In this document: positions 8,316 to 17,658 of the stretch, piece by piece
Numbering within the stretch: position 1 is the first letter of the stretch
Layout of the letters: the number at the start of each line of letters is the position of its first letter
Notes under the pieces: generated by a model
The model's input: the letters and a program-made list of their open reading frames with translations, nothing else
Database searches by the model: none
What the model was told of the DNA's origin: nothing
From: Gemmatimonadota bacterium
GTDB taxonomy: Bacteria > Gemmatimonadota > Gemmatimonadetes > JACCXV01 > JAHWKZ01
NCBI GenBank assembly: GCA_035513155.1
Contig: DATKCO010000022.1
Location: 18,117-82,116 of the forward strand
Length of the DNA stretch: 64,000 nucleotides
Reading direction: 5' to 3'
Made by a program: the position numbers and the translations under genes

Positions 8316-10616
8316 TTGGCGCCGCTGAAATCCTGGTCGAAGAAGCGCACCCTCGTGGCACTGCGCATCTGCGCCACGGCCGCGGCGGGGGTGCTGCTCT
8401 GGATGTACGCACCCCCCGAGGGCCTCTCCATCTGGCTGTTCGCCATCTGGGGCCTCTACCTGGCGACCACGGTCACCTACGCGATCCTGCCGGTCGACTG
8501 GTTCACTCGTCCTGGCTTCGACCTGGTGTTCGTGCTCGTCGAGCTGTGTCTGCTGGGGACGCTCCTCCTCGCCTTCCCGCTTCCCGGCTCCTGGGTCTTC
8601 TACGCGTTCTTCCTCCTGGCCGTCCTGCTCTCCGCGCTCGCTCGCCGGCTGGTGTGGGCGATGGCGCTGGGAGCGGCGGTGGCGGGGGCCCACGTCCTCG
8701 CCCATGCCGATCGACTCACCGCCGAGCCGGGGGTCCTGATCCTCCAGGTCGCCCTGCTGCTGACGACCACCGGCATCGTCGGCTATCTCACCGAGGAGCT
8801 CGACCGCGAGGAGGCGACCAGCGCCCTGCTCGACAACGCGCTCGAGATCAGCACCCTGCTCGCGGGAACGCTCGATACCGACTCCGTCTACGATCACCTG
8901 ACGGAGTTCGTCGCCCGCGTCTTCCGCGCCGACCGGGTGGCCGTCATCCTGACCGACCGGGAGCGCCGATCGGCGCGCGTCGTGTCGGCCATCGATCGCG
9001 GGGAGCCGCACCACGATCTCACCATCGAGCTCGACGACTATCCCGAGATCCAGACCGCGATGGACGAGCGCCGGCCGGTCGTCATCACCCGGGCCAGCAC
9101 CCACCCCCAGATGTCCGAGGTCCGGGAAACTCTCCCTTCCCGCGCGCTCGCCTCGTCGATCCTCGCCGTGCCCATCGTGAAGGACGAATCGGCGCGCGGC
9201 GTCCTGTTCGTTCGGCTGGAGGATACACGGCGCGACTTCTCGGAACAGGAACTGAAGCTCGGGGGCATCCTGGCGGAGGTCGCCGGTCGGGCCCTTCATC
9301 GGGCCGACGAATACGCCGAGGTCGCGGAAGCGGCGCGACGGGATCCCCTGACCGGCCTCTTCAATGTGCGCGCGTTCCACCGGGCCCTGGCCGACGAGAT
9401 CGAGCGCTCGGATCGCACCGGCTCTTCGTTCAGCCTGCTGATGATCGACATCGACTATATGAAGCGGGTCAACGATCGTTTCGGCCACCTGGCGGGCGAC
9501 CGCGTCCTCCGGCGCGTGGCCGCGGTGCTCGCCGATCAGGTGCGGGGCATCGACACGGTCGCGCGCTACGGGGGCGAGGAGTTCGCCGTCCTCCTGCCCG
9601 AGACCAGCAACGAGCGCGCGCTGCTCGTCGCCGAGCGGCTGCGATCCCGGGTGGCCTCGGCCGGCCATGAGGAGCTGCTGGAGCCGGTAACGATCTCGGT
9701 GGGGATCGCGACCTGCCCGAGTGACGCGGTCACGCCCAGCGACCTCCTCCACAAGGCCGACGTCGCGCTCTACGCCTCGAAGTTCAACGGCCGGAATCGT
9801 TCGACGCCGTTCACCGATTCATCGGGAGACAGACAGGCCGCGCCGCCGGAGCCGCCGGACAGCGAGCTCGGCGCCCGTCTGGCCGATGACTCGGCCGTGC
9901 GATCGGTGCGACTGGCCCTGGCGGGCTTGTCCGACGACCGGAACCTGATGCGGCACCTCGACGTGATCGCCGCGCTGGCGAACATCATGCGGGCCAAGGA
10001 TCCCAACGCGATCCGGAGCTTGCGGGACATCTCCACGCTCACCGAGCTCTTCCTGGCTCATCTTCCCATGCCCGAGCGGAATCGCTGGACGATCCATGTG
10101 GCGTGCCTTCTGCGGGACATCGGCAAGCTGGCGATCAGCGACGACGTCCTGCAGAAGAAGGACTTCCTGACGCGGCAGGAATACGAGATCGTGCGCCGCC
10201 ACCCGATCGTCGGCGCCCGGATCGTGGAGCCGCTCAAGGGTCTGGAGGACGCGCTGCCCCTGATCCGACACCATCACGAGCGTTGGGACGGGAAGGGGTA
10301 TCCCGACGGCCTCGCCGGGGACGAAATCCCCTATGGCGCCCGCATCGTGGGGCTCGTCGACGCCTTCTACGCGATGGCCCGGAGCCGACCCTACGCCGAC
10401 CGCGCGCGAGGCTTCCGGTACGCCCGCGAGGAGATCCGGCGGAACGCGGGGTCGCAGTTCGATCCCGACCTCGCGCAGCGCTTCCTCGAGGTCCTCGACG
10501 GGAACCGCGACATCGTGGCCACGATGGTCGAGGAGACGGCCGAGGAGGGAGAGGCGATCCCGCCTCCCGAGCCCCGCGCGCTCCGCAGCGCTCCCCCCAC
10601 CGAGCCGGTGGGCTGA
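8316..10616 (+). CDS. Membrane-anchored GAF / GGDEF diguanylate cyclase / HD-GYP phosphodiesterase fusion
   Basis: Hydrophobic N-terminal segments. GGDEF domain with an intact GGEEF and an RGID (RxxD) I-site 5 residues upstream. C-terminal HD-GYP with HHERWDGKGYPDGL. The start (TTG at 8316) is uncertain. Confidence 0.85.
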   Translation: MAPLKSWSKKRTLVALRICATAAAGVLLWMYAPPEGLSIWLFAIWGLYLATTVTYAILPVDWFTRPGFDLVFVLVELCLLGTLLLAFPLPGSWVFYAFFLLAVLLSALARRLVWAMALGAAVAGAHVLAHADRLTAEPGVLILQVALLLTTTGIVGYLTEELDREEATSALLDNALEISTLLAGTLDTDSVYDHLTEFVARVFRADRVAVILTDRERRSARVVSAIDRGEPHHDLTIELDDYPEIQTAMDERRPVVITRASTHPQMSEVRETLPSRALASSILAVPIVKDESARGVLFVRLEDTRRDFSEQELKLGGILAEVAGRALHRADEYAEVAEAARRDPLTGLFNVRAFHRALADEIERSDRTGSSFSLLMIDIDYMKRVNDRFGHLAGDRVLRRVAAVLADQVRGIDTVARYGGEEFAVLLPETSNERALLVAERLRSRVASAGHEELLEPVTISVGIATCPSDAVTPSDLLHKADVALYASKFNGRNRSTPFTDSSGDRQAAPPEPPDSELGARLADDSAVRSVRLALAGLSDDRNLMRHLDVIAALANIMRAKDPNAIRSLRDISTLTELFLAHLPMPERNRWTIHVACLLRDIGKLAISDDVLQKKDFLTRQEYEIVRRHPIVGARIVEPLKGLEDALPLIRHHHERWDGKGYPDGLAGDEIPYGARIVGLVDAFYAMARSRPYADRARGFRYAREEIRRNAGSQFDPDLAQRFLEVLDGNRDIVATMVEETAEEGEAIPPPEPRALRSAPPTEPVG

Positions 10617-10617
10617 C

Positions 10618-11442
10618 TCAAGCCCCGCCTCCGGGGCGCCGACGCGAGCGGCGCCGCCATAGCCACAGCCCGAAACCGATCCAGACGATCGCCGTCGGCA
10701 GGCCGGCCTCGAGGCCGAACGCGCCGCCCGTCAGCCACCCCGGCCCTTCCAGGATGCCCGCGTGACACGGCGCGGGCATCATCAGGCCGCTGACCGGAAC
10801 GGCGGCTCCGATCACGATCGCCGCGTTCCAGCCGGCGTGCGCCCCGACCGCCACCCAGACATCCCTCTCGGCGAGCACCCAGAATCCGAGGACCACCCCC
10901 ACGAGCGCGAGGTTCGCGGTCGCCGGCCAGCCGAATCCGGGGTTGGCCTGATGGAGGAGGGCGAAGAAGAACGAGGTGACTCCCACGGCCACGGCGGGCC
11001 CCGCAAGGTCGCGCAGCGAGAACAGGCCGTAGCCGCGGAACAGCGCCTCCTCGAACAGCGCGGCGAGTCCGACGAACGCCAGCGTGCCGGCGAGGAACCG
11101 GAGCAGCGAATCGGCGCGGCACGCCCGGGGGGCGAGCTCGTAGGCGCCGAGGAGGGCGAGGATCGCGACCACCACGACCACGAGCCCCACCCCGATCGCC
11201 CCACCCCGGACGAGCGCCCGCGGCGCGCGGGCCGGTGCCAGCGGCGTCCGCGTCGGGGACCGCCGGTCCAGCGCCCACCAGCACCCGAGCGTCACCGCGA
11301 GCAGGACCACGTCGAGGATCGCGTACCCGGTCAGGCTCTGCAGCCCGGCAGCCCCGACCACCTGGCCCGCCACCGCCAGCGCCAGGAAGACCGCGACCAG
11401 CCACGTGACGAAGCGGAGCCCGGCGCGAGCGCGGACGTTCAT
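10618..11442 (-). CDS. CPBP family intramembrane glutamic endopeptidase (CAAX protease-like)
   Basis: Polytopic membrane protein with EEALFRG and FFFALLHQ / HAGWN motifs. The ATG at 11442 forms an ATGA overlap with the YraN stop. Confidence 0.8.
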   Translation of the reverse strand: MNVRARAGLRFVTWLVAVFLALAVAGQVVGAAGLQSLTGYAILDVVLLAVTLGCWWALDRRSPTRTPLAPARAPRALVRGGAIGVGLVVVVVAILALLGAYELAPRACRADSLLRFLAGTLAFVGLAALFEEALFRGYGLFSLRDLAGPAVAVGVTSFFFALLHQANPGFGWPATANLALVGVVLGFWVLAERDVWVAVGAHAGWNAAIVIGAAVPVSGLMMPAPCHAGILEGPGWLTGGAFGLEAGLPTAIVWIGFGLWLWRRRSRRRPGGGA

Positions 11443-11798
11443 GGCCGGAAGGCATCCTCCAGATGCTCGATCGCCGGCCCGCCGGGACCCCACGTGACTC
11501 CGATCACGTCGAAGCGGAGCGCGCGCGCCGCATGCCAGCGCGCGGCCGCCACGGCGCCCGCCGCCGCGAGCTGGCGGCGCTTCCGCCAGTCGACGGCCGT
11601 GACCGCGTGGGCGAGCCCTCCCGGCCGGCGCGTCTTCACCTCCACCAGGGCCAGCGTGCCCGCGCGCTCCGCCACCAGGTCGATCTCCCGCCCGGCCGCG
11701 CGCCAGCGGCGCGCCAGGATCCGCCAACCACCGGCCTCCAGATGCCGGGCGGCGGCCTCTTCTCCCGCCACTCCGAGGTCGCGGCGGGCGATCGTCAC
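11439..11798 (-). CDS. YraN (UPF0102) family endonuclease-like protein
   Basis: GEEAAARHLEAGGWRILARRWR..GREIDLVAERAGTLALVEVKTR is the characteristic core. The GTG at 11798 forms a GTGA overlap with the upstream MBL gene's stop. Confidence 0.8.
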   Translation of the reverse strand: MTIARRDLGVAGEEAAARHLEAGGWRILARRWRAAGREIDLVAERAGTLALVEVKTRRPGGLAHAVTAVDWRKRRQLAAAGAVAAARWHAARALRFDVIGVTWGPGGPAIEHLEDAFRP

Positions 11799-12592
11799 AG
11801 CGCCACCCGCAGTCCGTCCACCCCGAGGTCGACCGGCTCGCGGGCGTAGCTCGCACGGATCCGACGGAGGATCTCGTCCCGGCCGAGTGCCAGGGCGCTG
11901 GGATAGAGGTGGGTGACCACCACGCGCCGGACAGCGGCCGCCGCGGCCAGCCGCCCCACCGCGCCGGGCGTCAGGTGCCCCGCGACCCGGTCCTCGTCGG
12001 CCACCGAGCACTCGGCGATCAGGAGGTCGGCGTCGCGCGCCAGGTCGACGACCTCCCGGCACTCCTCCGTGTCGCCCGTATAGGCGACCACGACCTCCCG
12101 CCCGGACGCCCCGAGCACCAGCCGGTAGCCGACGGCTTCGGGGGTGTGGACGACCGGGCGGCCGTCGATCTCGACCCACGCGTCCTCCCGCTCGATCTCC
12201 AGCGGGCACTCGTCGACCTGGCGGATCTCGAGGGGGAACCCCGGCTCGACGACCCAGCCACCGAAGACTCCCGCGAGCTTCTCGAGGTCGCCGGCGAATC
12301 CCGGGTAGCCGAGCAGCGTGAGCGGACGGACGCGTGCCGTGCCGGGAGCGTTCTTCAGCGCGAAGAGCAGCGGCAGGAGGTCGGCGACGTGATCCTGATG
12401 GCGATGGGTCACCGCCACCAGATCGAGCTCCGACCAGGCGAGGCCGAGGCCGTCCAGGCGGCGCAGGGTCCCGGAGCCGAGGTCGCAGAGGACCTGCAGG
12501 TCGCCGCAGGTGAAGTGATGGGCGGCCGGTCCCCGGTCGGCGTCGGGAATCACCGTCCCGCTGCCGATCAGCGTGTATTCGATGGGCTCCAT
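11795..12592 (-). CDS. MBL-fold metallo-hydrolase (RNase Z/ElaC-like)
   Basis: THRHQDH (HxHxDH) motif and a GSGT N-terminus. 265-aa track ORF. Confidence 0.8.
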   Translation of the reverse strand: MEPIEYTLIGSGTVIPDADRGPAAHHFTCGDLQVLCDLGSGTLRRLDGLGLAWSELDLVAVTHRHQDHVADLLPLLFALKNAPGTARVRPLTLLGYPGFAGDLEKLAGVFGGWVVEPGFPLEIRQVDECPLEIEREDAWVEIDGRPVVHTPEAVGYRLVLGASGREVVVAYTGDTEECREVVDLARDADLLIAECSVADEDRVAGHLTPGAVGRLAAAAAVRRVVVTHLYPSALALGRDEILRRIRASYAREPVDLGVDGLRVAL

Positions 12593-12619
12593 GGCGAGCG
12601 CCCTCCCGGGTCGCGGGTA

Positions 12620-13513
12620 TCAGTCGAGCCGATCGATCGAGATCAGATCGGAGGGGACCGCTCCCTGGTCGAGGGCGTCGCGGTCCCGCGCGCCGGCCTC
12701 GTGGAGGAGGTGCGCGGCCCACAGGTACCCGGCGGGGTTCCCGGCGTCGACGATCGTCCCCCGCCACGGCAGCGCGCGCAGGAGACCGCGCTCCACGAGC
12801 CGGCGGAGGACCTCGACGTCGTCGGACTCGCGGCCGGCCAGCGTCGCCTCCGCGGCCACCCGCCGCGCTTCCTCCAGCCACGGCCGCGTCACCGCGGTGC
12901 GGGGCATCAGCCGCCAGCCTCCTTCGGGAGGGGCGTGGAACGGCCCGGGTGCGCGACGCGGCTGGATCTCCAGGACCCGGGACCCCGCGCCGGCGGGCGC
13001 CATCTCGTCGAGGTCGATCCGGCCCACGTTCCCGAAGAAGTGCCGGGTCTCGGGGCCTACCCGGTGGCACGCCGCCAGCACGACGTCGCGCCGCCGGGCC
13101 TCGGCGAGATCGTCGGCTGTCAGCGGCGGCCCCCCGGCGATCCGGACGTTGTCGGGCAGGAACACCGCGAACGCTCCTTCCTCCACCCATGGGCGGGCCG
13201 ACAGCACCGCGTCGACCACGCCGGTCGGCGCCGCCTGCTCAAAGGTCGTCACCGTCACCTCCGCGGCGCGCTCCTCGAGGGACGGGAGCAGCCCCTCGCG
13301 CCACCTCTCCTCCCGCACGTACGAGACGAGCGCGGGCTTGACGGGGGAGATCACGATCCCGATCTCCTCGAACCCCCCCTCGAGCGCCTCGGTCAGGCAC
13401 CACTGGAGCATCGGCCGGGTGCCGACCGGCAGGAGCTCCTTGGGCACCACGCGCGTGGCGGGGCGCATCCGCGTCCCCCGCCCCGCCGCCGGGATCAGGC
13501 AGCGCGCCTTCAC
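12620..13513 (-). CDS. Sugar-phosphate nucleotidyltransferase (GalU/UDP-glucose pyrophosphorylase-like)
   Basis: The N-terminus IPAAGRGTRMRPATRVVPKELLPV matches the nucleotidyltransferase signature. Confidence 0.75.
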   Translation of the reverse strand: MKARCLIPAAGRGTRMRPATRVVPKELLPVGTRPMLQWCLTEALEGGFEEIGIVISPVKPALVSYVREERWREGLLPSLEERAAEVTVTTFEQAAPTGVVDAVLSARPWVEEGAFAVFLPDNVRIAGGPPLTADDLAEARRRDVVLAACHRVGPETRHFFGNVGRIDLDEMAPAGAGSRVLEIQPRRAPGPFHAPPEGGWRLMPRTAVTRPWLEEARRVAAEATLAGRESDDVEVLRRLVERGLLRALPWRGTIVDAGNPAGYLWAAHLLHEAGARDRDALDQGAVPSDLISIDRLD

Positions 13514-13520
13514 GCCCGCG

Positions 13521-14279
13521 TCACAGCAGGACCCTCAGGTACCACTCGATGAGCGGATCGCCCAGGTAGAACGCCAGCGCCGCCCCGAGCGCCAGGAAGA
13601 GACCGAACGGCACGAGCTTGTCGGACTTCCACGCGATCGGGACGAACACGAGCGTTCCCGCGAGGGCTCCCAGGAAGACGCTGAGGAGCGCCCCCTTCCA
13701 CCCCAGAAAGGCGCCGATCATCGTCATCATTTTGATGTCTCCGCCCCCCATCGCCTCCTTCTTGAACGCCCACGTGCCGACGATCGCCACGAGCCACAGG
13801 ACCCCGCCTCCGATCACGGCCCCGATGACGGCCTCGGGGACCGTGGGGCCGGTGGGGAGCGCGGCCAGCGCGGTCCCCAGGACCGCGCCTCCCAGCGAGA
13901 GCTCGTCGGGGATGAGATAGAAGCGGGCGTCGGTCACCGCGATCGCGAGGAGCAGCGTCAGGAGGGCGATCCCGCGGACCGCTTCGGGGCTCACGCCGTA
14001 CGCCGCGACGTTCCCGGCCCAGATCGCGGCGGTGGCCGCCTCGACCAGCGGGTACTGCCAGCCGATCCAGGTCCGGCACGAGGCGCAGCGGCCACGCAGG
14101 GCGAGCCACGAGACGAGCGGGATGTTGTGGAACCAGCGCAGTGGCGTCCCGCAGGCGGGACAGTGGGAGGGCGGGGAGACGATCGACTCCTCGCGCGGCA
14201 GGCGCAGGATCACGACGTTGAGGAACGAGCCGATCACCAGACCCACTATCCCGCTCAGGATGATCGCGAGACCGTCCAC
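13521..14279 (-). CDS. pilD: Prepilin peptidase (A24 family)
   Basis: GSFLNVVILRLP, zinc-ribbon-like CPACG...RGRCASC, and a polytopic C-terminal domain with GGGDIKMM. Confidence 0.85.
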   Translation of the reverse strand: MDGLAIILSGIVGLVIGSFLNVVILRLPREESIVSPPSHCPACGTPLRWFHNIPLVSWLALRGRCASCRTWIGWQYPLVEAATAAIWAGNVAAYGVSPEAVRGIALLTLLLAIAVTDARFYLIPDELSLGGAVLGTALAALPTGPTVPEAVIGAVIGGGVLWLVAIVGTWAFKKEAMGGGDIKMMTMIGAFLGWKGALLSVFLGALAGTLVFVPIAWKSDKLVPFGLFLALGAALAFYLGDPLIEWYLRVLL

Positions 14280-14338
14280 ATCCCCTCCGGCGAGTTTTCC
14301 ACAGGACCGGCACAGGATAGGGCCGAGGGGATGTCAAA

Positions 14339-16447
14339 TCAATGTGGACAACCGGTGGATGGCTCCACCACCTTCCCGTCCGCGACGCGCCGGATCAGGC
14401 CCGACGACGGCTCCTGCCCGAGGCGGTATCGCGGGTCGAAGTCCCCCCGCTCGATCCCCAGCAGCTTGAGCTTGTAGATGAGGGTCGTCCGGTTCAGTCC
14501 GAGGAGCCGCGCCGCGCGGGTGACGTTACCGCGGCAGAGCCCCAGCACCCGGAGCACGTGCTCGCGGCGCACCGCGTGCCACGACAGGTCCGTCGCCGCC
14601 GGCGCCGCGCCGAGACCCAGGTCCTCGAGACCGATCCGGCGCCCGGCCGCCAGATGGAAGCCACGGTCCAGCACGGCATTGAGCTCGCGCACGTTCCCCG
14701 GCCAGTCGTGCCGGGCGAGCGCCTCCCAGGCATCGAGTCGCAGCGACCTGCGGCGGCCGTAGCGGGCGTTCAGGCTCGCCAGCCGGAGCTCGGCAAGCGG
14801 CACCACGTCCTCGCGCCGCTCGCGCAGCGGCGGGAGGTGGACGCGGAAGCCGGCCAGGCGATAGAACAGGTCGGCCCGCAGCTCGCCGTCGGCCAGCATC
14901 CGGTCGATGTCGCGGTTCGTGGCGGCGATCACGCGGAAGTCCGATCGCTTCTCCGCGCGCCCGCCCACCGGCCGATACCGCTGCTCCTCGATCGTATACA
15001 GGAGCTTGGCCTGGATCTCGACCGGGAGCTCTCCGATCTCGTCGAGGAACAGGGTCCCTCCGTTCGCCTGCTCGACGAGACCCACCGCGTCGCCCACCGC
15101 CCCGGTGAAGGCGCCCCGCACGTGGCCGAAGAGCTTGGACTCGAAGAGGTTCTCCTCGAGGTTCGTGCAGTCGACGACCACGAACGGGGCCTCGCGCCGC
15201 CGCGCGTCCGCGTGCATCTGCCGCGCGAGGAACGTCTTGCCCGTGCCCGACTCCCCCTCGATGAGGATCCGCACGTCCGAGGCGATCAACCGCCGCAGGC
15301 GGGACTTGGCGGCCCGGATCGTGGGACAGAAGGTCAGGAACTCGGGGAACGGGTCCACCGGCCGCCCTGTGGCCGGCCGGTCGAGGACGGCCACCACGCG
15401 GGAATAGTGGGCGGCCAGCGCGCGGGCTCCTTCCTCGTCGCCGAACACCGACCGTGCCAGCGAGTCGTACCGCTCGCCCTCACAGCCCCAGCGGCGCGCG
15501 CAAGCGGCGGCGAGGAGATACACCATCGCCGCGTCGTACCGAAGGTCCCGGCCGTGCAGGTCGGCGGCCGCGGCCTCGACGTCCTGGAGCACCCCGGCCT
15601 CGCCGCGCTCTTCGAGAAGCGCCTTCCACACCAGCGCCCGCGCCTGCACGGCCGGGAGCGGGACCTGGACCGCGATCCGCGCGGCGGCCTCGAGCCGGAT
15701 CGCCGCGCTCTCCAGGTCGCCCGTGGCGAGCTCCGCCTCGGCCCGCCCCAGCTCCAGGACCGCGTCGAGCCGCAGACACGCACCCCTCCCGGCCAGCTGG
15801 CGGCTGCGCTCGAAGAGGTCGAGCGCCTCGTCGTAGCGGCCCTGCAGCGACACGTGAATGCCCATGTTGCACAGGACGAGGCCCGCGCTCGCGGCCTCGC
15901 CCCGGTCCTCCAGCCGCCCCAGGGCGTTCCGGTTCATCCGCACCGCCTCGCCGGGGAGCCCCACTTCGAACAGGTGACGCGCCCGGTTCGCCATCGCGTA
16001 CGCCGCGAACGGGTCTTCCGGCCGCGGGCGCGCCGCCTGGAGCGCGAGGCCGAAATGTCGCTCGGCCTCGCCGAAGCGGCAGAGCTCCATGAGCACGGTG
16101 CCGACGAGGTTGTGGACGCAGACCCGGCTGACCTCGGCGCGCTCCATCCGCTCCAGCGCGCGCAGCAGGCCGAGGCACTCACGCGGCGACCGGTAGAGCG
16201 CGATCCGCGCCAGGTCGAGGGTCGTGGCGGCCATCAGGCGCGAGTCGAAGGACCGCGCCGCCGCACGATGCGCGCCGCGGAGGACGACCTCCGCTTCCGC
16301 GAGCCGGCCCTGCCCGGAGAGCCGAAGGCCGATGTGGCGTTGCTGGGAAGGGGGTGGGAGCGCCGCGGGATCGGCGCCACCCTCCCCCAGCGTGTCGAGA
16401 AGGTTCCGCGTCTCCGGGTCCAGGCCCGGCGCGTCGTCGTGGGGCAT
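14339..16447 (-). CDS. Sigma-54-dependent transcriptional activator with a long TPR-like N-terminal domain
   Basis: AAA+ core GESGTGKTFLARQMH, the ESKLFGHVRGAFTGA (GAFTGA) motif, and a C-terminal Fis-type HTH (GNVTRAARLLGLNRTTLIYKLK). About 370 N-terminal residues are helical-repeat-like. I recognise no receiver, PAS or GAF domain. Confidence 0.9.
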   Translation of the reverse strand: MPHDDAPGLDPETRNLLDTLGEGGADPAALPPPSQQRHIGLRLSGQGRLAEAEVVLRGAHRAAARSFDSRLMAATTLDLARIALYRSPRECLGLLRALERMERAEVSRVCVHNLVGTVLMELCRFGEAERHFGLALQAARPRPEDPFAAYAMANRARHLFEVGLPGEAVRMNRNALGRLEDRGEAASAGLVLCNMGIHVSLQGRYDEALDLFERSRQLAGRGACLRLDAVLELGRAEAELATGDLESAAIRLEAAARIAVQVPLPAVQARALVWKALLEERGEAGVLQDVEAAAADLHGRDLRYDAAMVYLLAAACARRWGCEGERYDSLARSVFGDEEGARALAAHYSRVVAVLDRPATGRPVDPFPEFLTFCPTIRAAKSRLRRLIASDVRILIEGESGTGKTFLARQMHADARRREAPFVVVDCTNLEENLFESKLFGHVRGAFTGAVGDAVGLVEQANGGTLFLDEIGELPVEIQAKLLYTIEEQRYRPVGGRAEKRSDFRVIAATNRDIDRMLADGELRADLFYRLAGFRVHLPPLRERREDVVPLAELRLASLNARYGRRRSLRLDAWEALARHDWPGNVRELNAVLDRGFHLAAGRRIGLEDLGLGAAPAATDLSWHAVRREHVLRVLGLCRGNVTRAARLLGLNRTTLIYKLKLLGIERGDFDPRYRLGQEPSSGLIRRVADGKVVEPSTGCPH

Positions 16448-16511
16448 GAAGGCCTCGAGGGCGACGGGACCGCGCCCGCCGACCGGCTGGGGTGGGGTGA
16501 CGAGCTTCTTT

Positions 16512-16541
16512 GTCTTACCCGATTCGCGATCCGCTTGTCAA
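16512..16541 (-). promoter_or_regulatory. Candidate promoter for the sigma-54 activator gene
   Basis: Minus strand: TTGACA (16536-16541), 18 nt, TAAGAC (16512-16517). The -10 is weak. Confidence 0.25.
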
Positions 16542-16663
16542 CGCGACCGAATGCAAACCTCGCGCCGGCCCGGGCGGGCCCCTGCGGAGGTTCCATTCCG
16601 GCCTTCCAGGTCGTCGAATCTCCGACACCTGCGATGTGGACAACTGGCCACGGAGGCCGGTCG

Positions 16664-17656
16664 TCAGGGGAGCGGGAGGCTCGCGTGGATCTCGAACTCG
16701 CCGGGCCGGACCGCCTGATCCGCGCGCAACAGCGCCGTCCGCGCGATCATCGCGCCGTTGTCGGTACAGAGGATCGGCGAGGGCCACGCCACCGAGCGGC
16801 CGGAGAGCCGCGCGGCGAGGGCCTCGCGCAGCGCCCGGTTGCACGCCACGCCTCCGGCCAGGATCACGCTCGGGACCCCGAGCTCGTCCGCGGCGCGCGC
16901 GCTCTTCTCGACCAGCACGTCGACGACCGCGGCCTGGAACGAGGCGCAGACGTCGGCCCGGCGGGCCGCCACCTCACTCGCCTCCCGCCCCTCGACCCAC
17001 TGTAGGACCGCCGTCTTCAGCCCCGAGAAGGAGAGGTCCAGATCCCCGCTCCCCAGCATCGGACGCGGGAACTCGATCGCCCGCGGATCGCCGCTGCGCG
17101 CTTCGCGCTCGATCGCGGGACCGCCGGGGAACCCCAGGCCAAGCAGCTTGGCCACCTTGTCGAACGCCTCGCCGGCCGCGTCGTCGCGGGTCCGTCCCAC
17201 GACCTCGTAGGAGCGCCACGCCCGGACGTGGACGAGCAGGGTGTGGCCGCCCGACACGATCAGCGCGACCGCGGGCAGGCGCAGTCCGGGATGCTCGAGC
17301 AGGATCGCCACGGCGTGGGCCTCGAGGTGGTGGACGGGCACGATCGGCCGGTCGAGAGCGAGCGAGAGGCCCTGGGCGAACGCGCCGCCGACCAGCAGGG
17401 CGCCGGCCAGCCCGGGCGCATGGGTGACCCCGATCAGGTCGATCTCCTCGGGCCGGGCGCCGGCCTCCTCGAGCGCGCGGTCGAAGACCGGCAGGACGTT
17501 CGAGACGTGGGCGCGGCTCGCGAGCTCCGGCACGACGCCCCCGTAGGCCGCGTGCTCGATCTGGGAGCTGACCAGGTTGGCCCGCAGGTCGGTCTCGCCC
17601 TCGAGGAGGGCGATCGACGTGTCGTCGCAGGACGTCTCGATCCCGAGTGTCAGCAC
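16664..17656 (-). CDS. tsaD: tRNA N6-adenosine threonylcarbamoyltransferase
   Basis: LTLGIETSCDDTS..., HLEAH, SGGHT, and GVACN near the C-terminus. The GTG at 17656 lies directly after the upstream stop. The longer 593-aa track ORF overlaps the YbbR gene. Confidence 0.9.
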   Translation of the reverse strand: MLTLGIETSCDDTSIALLEGETDLRANLVSSQIEHAAYGGVVPELASRAHVSNVLPVFDRALEEAGARPEEIDLIGVTHAPGLAGALLVGGAFAQGLSLALDRPIVPVHHLEAHAVAILLEHPGLRLPAVALIVSGGHTLLVHVRAWRSYEVVGRTRDDAAGEAFDKVAKLLGLGFPGGPAIEREARSGDPRAIEFPRPMLGSGDLDLSFSGLKTAVLQWVEGREASEVAARRADVCASFQAAVVDVLVEKSARAADELGVPSVILAGGVACNRALREALAARLSGRSVAWPSPILCTDNGAMIARTALLRADQAVRPGEFEIHASLPLP

Positions 17657-17658
17657 GG

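Noticed and set aside
16448-16663. A 216-nt gap checked for a tRNA and for a sigma-54 (-24/-12) promoter.
   Set aside because: No TGGCAC-N5-TTGC match and no tRNA-like structure was seen. Only a sigma-70-like TTGACA-based candidate was found.
14342-17005. An 887-aa plus-strand ORF.
   Set aside because: It is antisense to the sigma-54 activator and tsaD. It has no recognisable domains and an Arg/Pro/Glu-rich composition. The opposite strand carries GAFTGA, Walker A and HTH motifs.
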